Assembly (NCBI GenBank): GCA_903832205.1
Contig: CAILAH010000038.1
Location: 4,456 to 68,455, forward strand
Direction of reading: 5' to 3'
DNA: 64,000 bases
Source of the DNA: an uncultured Candidatus Micrarchaeota archaeon
GTDB taxonomy: Archaea > Micrarchaeota > Micrarchaeia > CAILAH01
Made by a program: the position numbers and the translations under genes. Every line of letters begins with the position of its first letter. Within the stretch, counting starts at the first letter, position 1. The notes below the pieces were generated by a model. That model was not told the origin of the DNA and did not search any database. It was given only the letters and a program-made list of their open reading frames with translations. Below are positions 54,957 through 64,000 of the stretch, piece by piece.

Positions 54957-55160
54957 ATGGCAGTCCTTCGCATTAAGGAAATAAGGGATATGGACGACAA
55001 GACTCTGAAGGAGAAAGTGTACCAGCTGCAGGCGGAGCTTGTGAAGGAGAATTCCACATCCCGCAGGAGCGGAAAGAATATAAATACAGGGCGCATAAAT
55101 GAATTGAGGAAAGCCATTGCGAGGCTTTTGACAGTTTTGAAAGAACGGGGTGCAAGTTAA
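54957..55160 (+). CDS. rpl29: 50S ribosomal protein L29
   Basis: LRIKEIRDM, GRINELRKAIARLLT. Confidence 0.93.
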   Translation: MAVLRIKEIRDMDDKTLKEKVYQLQAELVKENSTSRRSGKNINTGRINELRKAIARLLTVLKERGAS

Positions 55161-55162
55161 AG

Positions 55163-55468
55163 ATGGCTGGTATATGTCCGAAATGCGGTTTGCCAATGGA
55201 TATCTGCGTTTGCGATACCCTAGAGAAAGAAATTCCCCATCAAATTAAGATTTACGTTGATAAGAAGCGTTTCGGAAAGCTTGTCACTATTGTTGAGGGC
55301 CTTGACGCCAAGGAGCTTGACAAGATTGCCAAGGACCTGAAGCATATGCTGTCAACCGGCGGGACATCCAAGAACGGCATTATCCTTTTGCAGGGCAACC
55401 ACAAGGAGCACGTCAAGACCGCTTTGCTCAAGCTTGGCTTCAAGGAAGAGCACATCTCGATGAGATAA
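55163..55468 (+). CDS. Translation initiation factor aIF1 (SUI1/YciH)
   Basis: ICPKCGLP..CVC, RFGKLVTIVEG, GGT, LQGNH. Confidence 0.95.
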   Translation: MAGICPKCGLPMDICVCDTLEKEIPHQIKIYVDKKRFGKLVTIVEGLDAKELDKIAKDLKHMLSTGGTSKNGIILLQGNHKEHVKTALLKLGFKEEHISMR

Positions 55469-55503
55469 ATTTTTGATTAGTGCTTAATTTTGGGTGCTGA
55501 TTC

Positions 55504-55785
55504 ATGATTACGAAAAAGAACCTAATTGTCCACGAGCTTATCGGGCTTAAGATTAAGGTTGCATCAAGCGATTCAAAGCCCTATGTCGGGATTGAGGGCG
55601 TTGTCTTGGATGAGTCCCTGAACACGTTCGTTATAGAGTGCAAGGACGGGAAAACGAAGAGGGTGCCCAAGGGCAATTGCGTTTTTGAGTTCATACTCCC
55701 AACTGGCGAAAAAGTTAAAGTGAAGGGCGAAGAGCTCGTCAATCTCCCAGAAAACAGATTGAAGCGCGGAATACATAAGATCTAA
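55504..55785 (+). CDS. rnp1: Ribonuclease P protein component 1 (Rpp29)
   Basis: NLIVHELIGL, GIEGVVLDES.NT, VPK...FEF, PENRLK. Confidence 0.93.
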   Translation: MITKKNLIVHELIGLKIKVASSDSKPYVGIEGVVLDESLNTFVIECKDGKTKRVPKGNCVFEFILPTGEKVKVKGEELVNLPENRLKRGIHKI

Positions 55786-55789
55786 TGCC

Positions 55790-56089
55790 TTATTTTGGTT
55801 TGAACTTTTTACTTACCTCTTTCAAGCTCGCGCCAACTATAACTTTCCAGTAAAATATCGCTACCAAGATCGCAATTACAAACACTATAATGGCCATGTA
55901 TATTTGGCTATAAATCAAAAGCACAGAAGTTGCGATTAGGCAAGCACATATAACTATCCTGATAATAAAGCGAGTAAGACCAGATTTGAAATTGTTTGAT
56001 ACTGCCTTCCATATAACACCTAATAAAAGTATTAAGTACAGCGGCAATGTAATCCAGCCAATTAACGGTGCAAACGGAGAAAGATCCAT
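55790..56089 (-). CDS. Small 3-TM hypothetical membrane protein, AT-rich
   Basis: Three hydrophobic stretches from MDLSPF; basic C-terminus. Confidence 0.6.
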   Translation of the reverse strand: MDLSPFAPLIGWITLPLYLILLLGVIWKAVSNNFKSGLTRFIIRIVICACLIATSVLLIYSQIYMAIIVFVIAILVAIFYWKVIVGASLKEVSKKFKPK

Positions 56090-56126
56090 GATATATTCAT
56101 CGCCGCATGTATTTTTATTTGTGTAT

Positions 56127-58814
56127 TTAGTCGTTTCCAGAAAAGTCGCTAATCTTTTTAGGCCATTTTCTAACAGTAGTTTCCCCATCAAGCAATATCT
56201 CAAGCGTTATGAAGTCATCATCCCAGCTTACTTTTACGGTTGGCTTAATGTTCTCCGTTCTCACGGGCCTTATCCCCAGTTTTGGATAGCTGTCGTTCAA
56301 GTGGAATTTTCCGTCCCAGCATGGCTGTGCAAGAAGATGTATGTATGACCTGCAGGGTATCACTATGTCAGCATCGGGCTCCCAGTATCTCCAAAGCTCC
56401 CTGTTGCCGTACTCGTTCGGCGGCCTCACCGATTTTGGAATTCCCGTTTGCCTGTCAATATCCTTAGGGTGTACGAGCCCCGGCTTTCCTGGAGGCACAA
56501 TGACATTTCTCTCAATTCCAGAGAGGTCATCTAGCGGATGGTCAATAAGCACGTTGTGGTTCTTAATCACGCTGTCAAAAAACTCAACGAAATTCGAGCC
56601 CTGCATGCTGGCAGACATCTGCGTGTCATACGCCAGCTCCGCATCATCAAGAACTTTCCAGTATTCCGATATGCTGAGCATCCCAAGACCAAGGCGCTCA
56701 GCAAGCCTTTTTGCCTCAACATATCTTATCCTGTTTATCCTTCTCTCATTATCTTGGCTCAGCTCCATGCCGATGCCAGAAGCAGCTTTCTGGGAATCTT
56801 TTGTTGTTTTCAGGAAATCCCTTCCCACCCACTGATTTATTGACGGCGCGTAGAAATACTGATTGAATGCGGAAACCACTGCCTCAATGACCGGTGCGGT
56901 TTTTTTGCGTGAAAGCTGCATACCGTTCCCCCAGAACTCGATGTAATCCGGCCCGTGCCTAATCTGGCTGTCGGGGAACTCAAACCTAATAATGCCCTCA
57001 AGCACTTTCGTTGCTGCACTGATAAATTCTGCGGATGCCGTTTTATTGAAGAATAGGTACACGCACTCCCTGTTGACCGTCTCGTTATCATCGTTATAAT
57101 CAGTAACCTTCAGCAGCGTAAGCGGCAGGTTCTTTTTCCTGTTGTTAATCTGTGCAAATATCTTGATATCCCCGAGAAGGGTGCTCTTGCATACCTTGCC
57201 ATCGCGTGTAAATGCATCCTTTAGCTTCGCGACGGCAAAGCCAAATCCCCAGTCTTCCTTGTAATCGCGTTTGAAAAGGAACTCTGAGTCATCCGTATTT
57301 AACAGGCTTAACATGAGGCTCTGGTATAATTCATCATCATGTGCCACGCCCGCATCCGCCTTCAAGCGGTCCATTATTGCCAAATCAACCGTGGTCATTT
57401 TGTGCTGCACGCGGTTCTCCGTGTCCATTAGCGTGGCGCCGTAAATTATCCTTGCGGTCTCCCGCGGGATGGGAATCCCCATGCCCAGGCATTTTCTTGT
57501 TACAAGCGCGGCACAGGAGCCGGTCATCTCAAGCGTCTTTGGGATGTCCCTGTTTTTCGCAATCTCGGAAACGATGTGGTGGTCAATAATCTGTATGAAA
57601 TATCTCTGCACTTCGGGCTCGACGTTCTGGTCCACTGAAATCCATCTTGCAAGGCCTGAGTTTTTTGCCCTTTCATAGTATGGGTCTTCCGTAATCACGA
57701 TTAAATCGGTAATAGGACCCAGCAGCTGCCTCACCTCATCCGGTATGCGCCAGCTCTGAACTACCGGAATGTACACTGTGCTGGGATCGCGCAGGCTGTT
57801 CCGCCATGCTTCAATAAGAGAAGAGACAATGGTATCCGTATCAGGATTCTTATGCCCCATGACGAAGACGATATCTTTGCCTTTAGAAAGCGCATCCATT
57901 AGGCTATATCTTGAGCCTGAAACAAATTTCACAAAATCATCATGCGAAGTTTCCTGTGGTTTGCACAACACCCTGCTCGCGGAAGATGTGTCATAGGCAA
58001 ATGACATTTCGCCCAGGACGTCGAAGAACTTCTCACGGAGCTTGCACACCTCGCTGTCGTTGCCTGTGAAGAGATATCCGTGCTTAGTAATAAATCCGAT
58101 AATTCGCGGGTCTTTTGTGGCAGTAAGGCTTCTTGCCTCCTCAAGAATGGCTGCATCAATCACCTGGCTTAGCGGTGATGCGCGCGCTTCACGCATCATC
58201 AGGAGCGGCTGCTGTGAATCCACAGGAATCCCCAGGTCGAGCGAGGGCATGCCGACCGAAGTGACATATCCCCTTATGGGCGCACATGCACCAAGTTTTG
58301 TCACGCTGAGGTCGGGCGACCAGTATTTCCATGATGCGCTGTGCCTGCCGCGGTCACTATCCGCACTGATGGGCTCGCCGGTTTCATAATTAATGTTGCC
58401 TTCAGGATTGAACCAACCCGGCCTTCCATATGGGAAGCTGTTTTTTAAAATCCTGCCGGAGTACTTATACTTACTGACTATTTCAGGGTTGTCAATGTAG
58501 CCTTCAGGAACATAGACCCTGTTCAGCCATTCAGTATACCTATCCGAAACGAGTTGGGCGACCATCTCCCCGTCGTTTGCCTCATTCGCATCCCTGAACA
58601 CTTTCCAGAATTCAATTGGGCTAAGAATTGCAGAGCCCAGCGCACCGATAAGCATCTTAGCATTATCAAAATCAATATTGTTTATTCTTCCCTCGTCATC
58701 CCATGCTAATTTCATCTTCTGCTTGTCCGCCGCTTCCTTAATCCTGGAGTTGATGCTCAGCGGCTTTCTCGCAACGTAAAGCCCGGTGCTCTTGCTGAAG
58801 AAGAAGTCACCCAT
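56127..58814 (-). CDS. Family II (DHH/DHHA2) Mn-pyrophosphatase domain flanked by two homologous FGE/C-type-lectin-like domains
   Basis: GHKNPDTDTIVS, SVDQN, IIDHH, GSCAALV, LMDT, KRDYKE; duplicated flanking domain; start taken at MGDFF. Confidence 0.8.
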   Translation of the reverse strand: MGDFFFSKSTGLYVARKPLSINSRIKEAADKQKMKLAWDDEGRINNIDFDNAKMLIGALGSAILSPIEFWKVFRDANEANDGEMVAQLVSDRYTEWLNRVYVPEGYIDNPEIVSKYKYSGRILKNSFPYGRPGWFNPEGNINYETGEPISADSDRGRHSASWKYWSPDLSVTKLGACAPIRGYVTSVGMPSLDLGIPVDSQQPLLMMREARASPLSQVIDAAILEEARSLTATKDPRIIGFITKHGYLFTGNDSEVCKLREKFFDVLGEMSFAYDTSSASRVLCKPQETSHDDFVKFVSGSRYSLMDALSKGKDIVFVMGHKNPDTDTIVSSLIEAWRNSLRDPSTVYIPVVQSWRIPDEVRQLLGPITDLIVITEDPYYERAKNSGLARWISVDQNVEPEVQRYFIQIIDHHIVSEIAKNRDIPKTLEMTGSCAALVTRKCLGMGIPIPRETARIIYGATLMDTENRVQHKMTTVDLAIMDRLKADAGVAHDDELYQSLMLSLLNTDDSEFLFKRDYKEDWGFGFAVAKLKDAFTRDGKVCKSTLLGDIKIFAQINNRKKNLPLTLLKVTDYNDDNETVNRECVYLFFNKTASAEFISAATKVLEGIIRFEFPDSQIRHGPDYIEFWGNGMQLSRKKTAPVIEAVVSAFNQYFYAPSINQWVGRDFLKTTKDSQKAASGIGMELSQDNERRINRIRYVEAKRLAERLGLGMLSISEYWKVLDDAELAYDTQMSASMQGSNFVEFFDSVIKNHNVLIDHPLDDLSGIERNVIVPPGKPGLVHPKDIDRQTGIPKSVRPPNEYGNRELWRYWEPDADIVIPCRSYIHLLAQPCWDGKFHLNDSYPKLGIRPVRTENIKPTVKVSWDDDFITLEILLDGETTVRKWPKKISDFSGND

Positions 58815-59268
58815 GCATATCACTCCCGAAGAATGCAGCAATGTCCCTTGCAGCTTCCCCTTTGCTGTCCGCCGCGTGGAACACGTTGAGCGCAATCTTT
58901 CCTTCCTTGATTAATCTGTTATAGTCCTGGTCTTTTGCATAATCGCCGCGGATGGTGCCAGGCGGTGAATCCGCCGCATTGGATGCGCCCCTAATTTCTA
59001 GAAGCATTCTTAGTGCATCCTCGCCGCCCACAATTAAAGCCATTGACTGATTATTGGTCAGGTAATTTCTCATCAGTGGGTAGAGATGCGGGACTTTGCC
59101 TTTAACGTGACCGTAGAGCAATTCAAACTGCAATTCATTCATGACAAAAATACGCTTCTCCTCTACTAAGAGGCCTTTTGCGGCAATCCTCCTCAATATT
59201 TCTGTTGCCAGCTTTCTCTGCAGGCCTTCCGGTTTAATGAGCCCAAATGTCTGCAAACTCGTTCCCAT
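58807..59268 (-). CDS. ndk: Nucleoside diphosphate kinase
   Basis: TFGLIKPEG, PGTIRGDY, NVFHAADS catalytic His. Confidence 0.93.
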   Translation of the reverse strand: MGTSLQTFGLIKPEGLQRKLATEILRRIAAKGLLVEEKRIFVMNELQFELLYGHVKGKVPHLYPLMRNYLTNNQSMALIVGGEDALRMLLEIRGASNAADSPPGTIRGDYAKDQDYNRLIKEGKIALNVFHAADSKGEAARDIAAFFGSDMHG

Positions 59269-59336
59269 AATGGCTTACCCTTTTAATCGGGAAATGTAGG
59301 TATTTGAACCTTTCGATTGGCACTTTTTCCGGCATT

Positions 59337-60185
59337 TCACAGGCTATCGTAATACTTCTTCGCCTTTAGCGCATCTACTTCAATGTTTGGGCTCTCGCAT
59401 ATGGCGATTCCCTCAATCTTGTAATCCTTCCACGCCTTTACCATGTCGCGCCAGAGGAATAGCGGCTTGCCCCTGGGGCTCTTCTCATCAAAAATAAGAT
59501 GGTTCCTCTCGCCCTTGTCGCTGTATTCTATGCCTGCAAAATGTATGTGCATATTCTGGAGCCCCTCTTTTCCCAATCCCTTCTCAATCTTGCCCAGCAA
59601 TTCGCAGAATGCATCATAGCCATTCTTCGTCCCGTTGTGCAGCGCAACATAATGCGCAAAATCCACGCAGGGCAAGACGCCCTCAAGCTCAGCGCACATA
59701 TTCACAAGGTCATCAATATCGGCGAATTGGGAGGCCCTGCCCATCAGTTCAGGCCTAAGAAAAACGTCATCATATCCCTTGTTCACCAATTCCTTTCTCA
59801 GAATCTTGTACTGCTCTTTCACCCGTTCAAAAACTTCGCGAGTATCCATCTTCAAGTAATACGCTGAGTGTATCACAACGGACCTTGCTCCCGCAAAATG
59901 CGCCATTCTGGCACTACTAATTATCCTCTTATGGCTGGCCTCAAGCGTTACCCTATCGGGGCTGTTAAGATTGATGAAATAGGGCGCGTGCGCGCTCAGT
60001 GCGACCTTCTCCTTTTTTGCGAGCGTGCCAATCGCCTCGGCATCCTTTTCATGCTTAATGTAGACCTGCCTAACGAACTCAAGCTCCATCGCATCAAGCC
60101 CGAGCTTCCTTACCTGCAAAATTCCTGCCAGCGTATCGCGTGTTTCAGTTGAAAGCGGCACACCTGCCGTCCCTATGCGAAGCAT
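59337..60185 (-). CDS. Endonuclease IV-like TIM-barrel protein (archaeal type)
   Basis: IGTAGVP, MELEFV, AHAPYFINLNS, PELMG, DFAH, HIHFAGI, ICESP. Confidence 0.88.
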   Translation of the reverse strand: MLRIGTAGVPLSTETRDTLAGILQVRKLGLDAMELEFVRQVYIKHEKDAEAIGTLAKKEKVALSAHAPYFINLNSPDRVTLEASHKRIISSARMAHFAGARSVVIHSAYYLKMDTREVFERVKEQYKILRKELVNKGYDDVFLRPELMGRASQFADIDDLVNMCAELEGVLPCVDFAHYVALHNGTKNGYDAFCELLGKIEKGLGKEGLQNMHIHFAGIEYSDKGERNHLIFDEKSPRGKPLFLWRDMVKAWKDYKIEGIAICESPNIEVDALKAKKYYDSL

Positions 60186-60246
60186 AATCCCACGTCATAT
60201 ACTTCCATCACAAACTATATATATAATCCTGGGCTAATTTTATCTT

Positions 60247-60771
60247 ATGAAGATTTATACTCGAACCGGTGATTCCGGTGAAACTTCCATATTCGGTGGT
60301 GCGCGCGTGCGCAAGAACACGCCGCTCATTGCCGCCTATGGCACGCTTGATGAGCTGAGCTCTTACCTTGGCATGTGCAGGACGCACTGCGAGGATAATA
60401 AGGAGTTCCACGATTTGCTCAAAGAGGTGCAGCACGATTTGTACATGATTGGCAGCCATCTCGCGGGCGCAGAGGACTGCATTCCCGAGGCCCGCATAAC
60501 CGCGCTTGAAAACGCCATAGACAAGTATGAGGCGCAGCTTCCGGAGCTGCACGCATTCATTCTTCCATGCGGCACAAGGCTTTCAACACATCTGCACGTT
60601 GGGCGCTCGGTATGCAGGCGCGCAGAAAGGAAGGTTGCGACCATATTTGAGAATGAGGGCTCGTTCCACACGGAGCTCAAGTACCTCAACAGGCTCTCCG
60701 ACCTCCTGTTCATACTGGCAAGATACTCAAACAAAATTGCCGAGAGAAAAGAGGAGCACGCGACACGCTGA
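60247..60771 (+). CDS. PduO-type cob(I)alamin adenosyltransferase
   Basis: KIYTRTGDSGET, YGTLDEL, FILP, RSVCRRAER, YLNRLSDLLF. Confidence 0.95.
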   Translation: MKIYTRTGDSGETSIFGGARVRKNTPLIAAYGTLDELSSYLGMCRTHCEDNKEFHDLLKEVQHDLYMIGSHLAGAEDCIPEARITALENAIDKYEAQLPELHAFILPCGTRLSTHLHVGRSVCRRAERKVATIFENEGSFHTELKYLNRLSDLLFILARYSNKIAERKEEHATR

Positions 60772-60803
60772 TTTTTATTCTTTCTCCTTTTACCTTATTG
60801 CAG

Positions 60804-61592
60804 ATGGACTACTTAACGGCAATCGTTCTTGGCATTATTCAGGGCATATTCGAGTGGATACCAGTAAGTTCTGAAGGAATGGTGACGCTTGCTGGCAAAT
60901 TCTTTTTCGGGATGCAATACCAGGATGCGCTCGCAATGGCCATCTGGCTGCACACTGGAACGCTTATAGCCGCATTGATTTACTTCAGAAATGACCTAAT
61001 TGATATCGTGAAGAGCATTTACACAAAGGATGCGAATAGGGACCTCCTTGTATTCCTCGTCATAACAACGATTGCATCTGCAGTCACCGCTTTGCCGCTC
61101 ATTATGCTCGCTTTCACAAAGGAGGCAGCGCTTGTTCCCGAGTATGCGTTCACAATTCTTATCGGATTATTCCTAATAGTGATCGCATTCCTGCAGAAGG
61201 GCCAGAAAGAGGGCAAGGAGCAGAGGCCCACGCCGTTGAATGCGCTCATTGCCGGCCTGGTGCAGGGCATTTCCGTGCTTCCAGGATTGAGCCGCTCCGG
61301 CCTCACTCTTGCAACGCTAATGGCGGAGAAATACCACATCGCATCCGCACTGCGCCTTAGCTTTCTCATGGCCATTCCAGTAACTTTTGGAGTGCAATTT
61401 GTGCTCCCGCTCGTTAAGAATGATTTTGCAGTTACTGCGCCGATGCTTGCAGGCACGGCTGTTGCTGCAGTTGTCGGGCTTATCACAATTAGCTGGCTTC
61501 TTGATATTGTGAGAAGGACGAACTTCCACAAGGCAACGCTTATTCTCGGAATTATTATCGTCATTGCAGGCATTCTCTACGCACTGGTATAA
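60804..61592 (+). CDS. uppP: Undecaprenyl-diphosphate phosphatase (UppP/BacA)
   Basis: GIIQGIFEWIPVSSEG, LHTGT, QGISVLPGLSRSG, SFLMAIP. Confidence 0.92.
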   Translation: MDYLTAIVLGIIQGIFEWIPVSSEGMVTLAGKFFFGMQYQDALAMAIWLHTGTLIAALIYFRNDLIDIVKSIYTKDANRDLLVFLVITTIASAVTALPLIMLAFTKEAALVPEYAFTILIGLFLIVIAFLQKGQKEGKEQRPTPLNALIAGLVQGISVLPGLSRSGLTLATLMAEKYHIASALRLSFLMAIPVTFGVQFVLPLVKNDFAVTAPMLAGTAVAAVVGLITISWLLDIVRRTNFHKATLILGIIIVIAGILYALV

Positions 61593-61640
61593 TCGAAACG
61601 TTTTTATTCGGGCTAAAAGAGAGATTACCTGAGAATTAAC

Positions 61641-62654
61641 ATGTCACAGGTATATTTGCCCACAAGGAAGATTGTTCTAGTGTCGGGTTTTGAGGAGACG
61701 CTTACCGACAGGTCGTCACGGACCGCCTACTGCGCACTGCGCGCATATAAGACGCTGCTGGAGGAAAACCGTGTGAGTGGCACGGGTTTTATTAAGTCCA
61801 AGCTCGACATGGAAAAGTTCTGCGGCGAAAAGATGGCCGATGCATCATTTGTCAGGGCATTCATCCAGCTCTCGCGCATAGCGCTTGATGTCAGCGATTA
61901 CGTGCCACTTTGCATGACCATTGATTACGGGATGTCAATCGTTGCGGAATACCTGAAGGACACGAAAAATCCCTCTCATGTTGAGTTTTTCACAAGGAAA
62001 TTGCGCGAGGTTAGGCAGAAGCATTCACAGGCAGACCATCTTGGCGGCAATTACTACATGTATGAGGAAATGCTTTTTGACTCTTCAAGATGGCTCACCC
62101 TTTCAGAGCCTTACCTGAATATTATCGGCCAGCTGAGGCAGCTTAGGGAGCTTTATGTTGTGGATTCGGTAAGGCATGGGCACAGGAATGCCTATGAATT
62201 GTATTTTCTTAACGAGGAGAAGAAGGGCAGTGACTACAGGGCATTCAATTATGCGAAATCACTTGCCGCCAAGTCAATCCTAAAGCCAAGCGATGTAGGC
62301 GAGGCAAAATTATCCCGGCCTGCTGATGCCATGCAGATGCTTTTCATAAAGGAGCATCTGATTTATTGCTCGGATTTCGGCTGCGCAACAGATGAGCCTG
62401 CTGAATTGCTAAGAAGGCTTGCGCAGATTGCTGCAGCAGAAAAAGTTGTCCCCGAGCAGGTGTGGCTCCTTTCAAGCGGGTTCATTGACCGCAAGGGCCT
62501 ATTGCGCGCTGCGGGATTCACAAACCAGTTTTTCATTACATGTGATACTACAAATGCGTTCCTAAAGGACGCAACAAACAAAGGAATGATTTTGGTACAA
62601 CGGGGCGGCCTTGCAGAAAGGATAGATTACGAAGCAAAGCGCATGAAATTTTAG
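61641..62654 (+). CDS. Hypothetical protein (possibly degenerate HAD-like fold)
   Basis: Long ORF with a TATA-like element upstream; IVLVSGFEETLTD resembles a degenerate DxDGT motif. Confidence 0.65.
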   Translation: MSQVYLPTRKIVLVSGFEETLTDRSSRTAYCALRAYKTLLEENRVSGTGFIKSKLDMEKFCGEKMADASFVRAFIQLSRIALDVSDYVPLCMTIDYGMSIVAEYLKDTKNPSHVEFFTRKLREVRQKHSQADHLGGNYYMYEEMLFDSSRWLTLSEPYLNIIGQLRQLRELYVVDSVRHGHRNAYELYFLNEEKKGSDYRAFNYAKSLAAKSILKPSDVGEAKLSRPADAMQMLFIKEHLIYCSDFGCATDEPAELLRRLAQIAAAEKVVPEQVWLLSSGFIDRKGLLRAAGFTNQFFITCDTTNAFLKDATNKGMILVQRGGLAERIDYEAKRMKF

Positions 62655-62681
62655 TTAGGGTTCTTTAGTGATTCAAAGAAT

Positions 62682-63797
62682 TTAGTTGGGATTTTTCAAT
62701 GATTCGAATTTTGAGTATTGCAGCCCGTAGGAGTTCCATACATTCTCTTCAAAGAGGTAGAGGTCGTCATCCGTAACCAAAATGTAAATTGGCAAATCAT
62801 ATCCCTGCGTATTCAGGTAAAGCTTGTCTGTTCCGTCCCCTGGATTGTAAACGTGCCCCATCACAAGCCCGCTCTGCGGCTCAACGGCAATCGAGCCGTT
62901 CAATTTTTCCAATACGGTGTCTCCGGGAGCTGTCTTGTTTGTGAACGCGAGAATGCAGTGGCCCTGAGCACCCATATCATAGCAAATCACCGTTGTATCA
63001 AGGTCGCCCTTCCTTCCTATCTTCACGTCGCGCGAGTTTGAATAGAAGTAGATGTTGCTTCCGTCTTCATAAATCTTGTAGTCCTCAGAGCCGCCATCCT
63101 CATATGCGCGAATCAGCTTGTTGTCGGATTTGCTGTTGATGTACGCCTTCATGAACAGGGACCAGTCCTCGCAGTCCCCGCCCTTCTCCGTAATGAAATC
63201 CTTAACAGGCTTTATCTGGTCGCCGTAATCCTGTATGTAATGGAAGTCCTCCTTCATGTTGAGCACGATTGGGATGCAAGGTATCTTAATGTCCGGGCCG
63301 CAGTACTCATCAAGCGGGTCCTCAATCTTGCTCACCTGCACGGGCTGCATAACTGCATTATCCCGAATCCACTGCCATTTTCCCATTAGCGTGGTCTCGA
63401 ACGCGTCAAGCTGGTTGCTTAGTGCAGTGGAGTAGTTCTCTAGGTTGACGTACTTGTCCTTCAGGTCAATGTACTTGGACTTGAACTGCGTAAAGTTGCC
63501 TTCTAGCGTGTTCACGGATTTGTTAAGTCCTGTAAGCTGCGATTGCTGCGAGCCGAGCTGCACTCCATATTCATCATGCTCTTTCTTGAGCTGGTCATAA
63601 TCCGAAAGATGCGTGTTGATTATTGTGCCGATGCTCGATACGGTTATCTTAAGCGCGTCAATGTCTTTTTGCGATTTGTTCAGTTTGTTTCCCAAGTCGA
63701 ATATCATAAATAGTGAAACTGCCAGAATAAGAACTAAAAATACATTCGCGGCAACCAAGCCGTAAATCAGCAGCCTATCCTGGGAAATCGCCATCAT
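62682..63797 (-). CDS. Membrane-anchored coiled-coil protein with C-terminal transglutaminase-like domain
   Basis: N-terminal TM, heptad region, GGDCEDWS, GHC, AVEPQSG. Confidence 0.8.
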   Translation of the reverse strand: MMAISQDRLLIYGLVAANVFLVLILAVSLFMIFDLGNKLNKSQKDIDALKITVSSIGTIINTHLSDYDQLKKEHDEYGVQLGSQQSQLTGLNKSVNTLEGNFTQFKSKYIDLKDKYVNLENYSTALSNQLDAFETTLMGKWQWIRDNAVMQPVQVSKIEDPLDEYCGPDIKIPCIPIVLNMKEDFHYIQDYGDQIKPVKDFITEKGGDCEDWSLFMKAYINSKSDNKLIRAYEDGGSEDYKIYEDGSNIYFYSNSRDVKIGRKGDLDTTVICYDMGAQGHCILAFTNKTAPGDTVLEKLNGSIAVEPQSGLVMGHVYNPGDGTDKLYLNTQGYDLPIYILVTDDDLYLFEENVWNSYGLQYSKFESLKNPN

Positions 63798-63807
63798 TAC
63801 ACCTAAT

Positions 63808-64000
63808 TTACTTGGGGCATTCGCCTTTGGTGAACCTCACTTCGGGCGCGCTCTCAAGATAAAGCGTCTTTGTCTCCTCATCGTATATGACGCGTGAGGA
63901 AACGTTCTGCTTTTTTACTGAGTCATAATAGTGTGCCTCAAGCGTCTTTGAGTCAATTCTTGTCCAGCTTCCGGCAACCTGCACGAGCGGGTTATCAAGC
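63808..64000 (-). CDS. 3' end of a hypothetical protein (partial)
   Basis: Open frame ...VIYDEETKTLYLESAPEVRFTKGECPK* running off the window. Confidence 0.55.
   Translation of the reverse strand, partial: LDNPLVQVAGSWTRIDSKTLEAHYYDSVKKQNVSSRVIYDEETKTLYLESAPEVRFTKGECPK

Noticed and set aside
56127-58814. Diversity-generating retroelement target (CLec-like domains)
   Set aside because: No reverse transcriptase and no near-identical TR/VR nucleotide pair seen; the two domains are similar only at protein level.
1-64000. CRISPR array or cas genes
   Set aside because: No regularly spaced direct repeats and no Cas motifs; the repeats found are two-copy, dispersed and tRNA-linked.

Overview
A 64-kb archaeal chromosomal segment. 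It is most consistent with a DPANN lineage such as Micrarchaeota; this is inferred from the archaeal TFB, RpoL, Csl4, L40e, Elp3, LonB and class I CCA enzyme, the ether-lipid genes (GGGPS, DGGGPS, GGR), an LLFGC lipobox and Cys-rich surface proteins. It is mostly housekeeping: gltX, uppS, trm1, secDF and an L3-L4-L23-L2-S19-L22-S3-L29-aIF1-Rpp29 operon that breaks off after Rpp29. Four features stand out. (1) All five tRNA genes are interrupted (7 insertions, including two T-loop introns and one 200-nt insertion). The introns and tRNA flanks share a family of short hairpin cassettes with compensatory base changes and target-duplication-like direct repeats, suggesting a tiny tRNA-associated mobile element family. 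(2) Six proteins share a C-terminal Cys-TM-basic tail, a candidate protein-sorting signal, and four of them share a disulfide scaffold. (3) A protein of 34-aa PPR-like repeats, unusual in archaea, lies next to the long-intron tRNA-Val. (4) An NDK is coupled to a family II pyrophosphatase sandwiched between two FGE/C-type-lectin-like domains. All calls come from reading the sequence; no searches were run.
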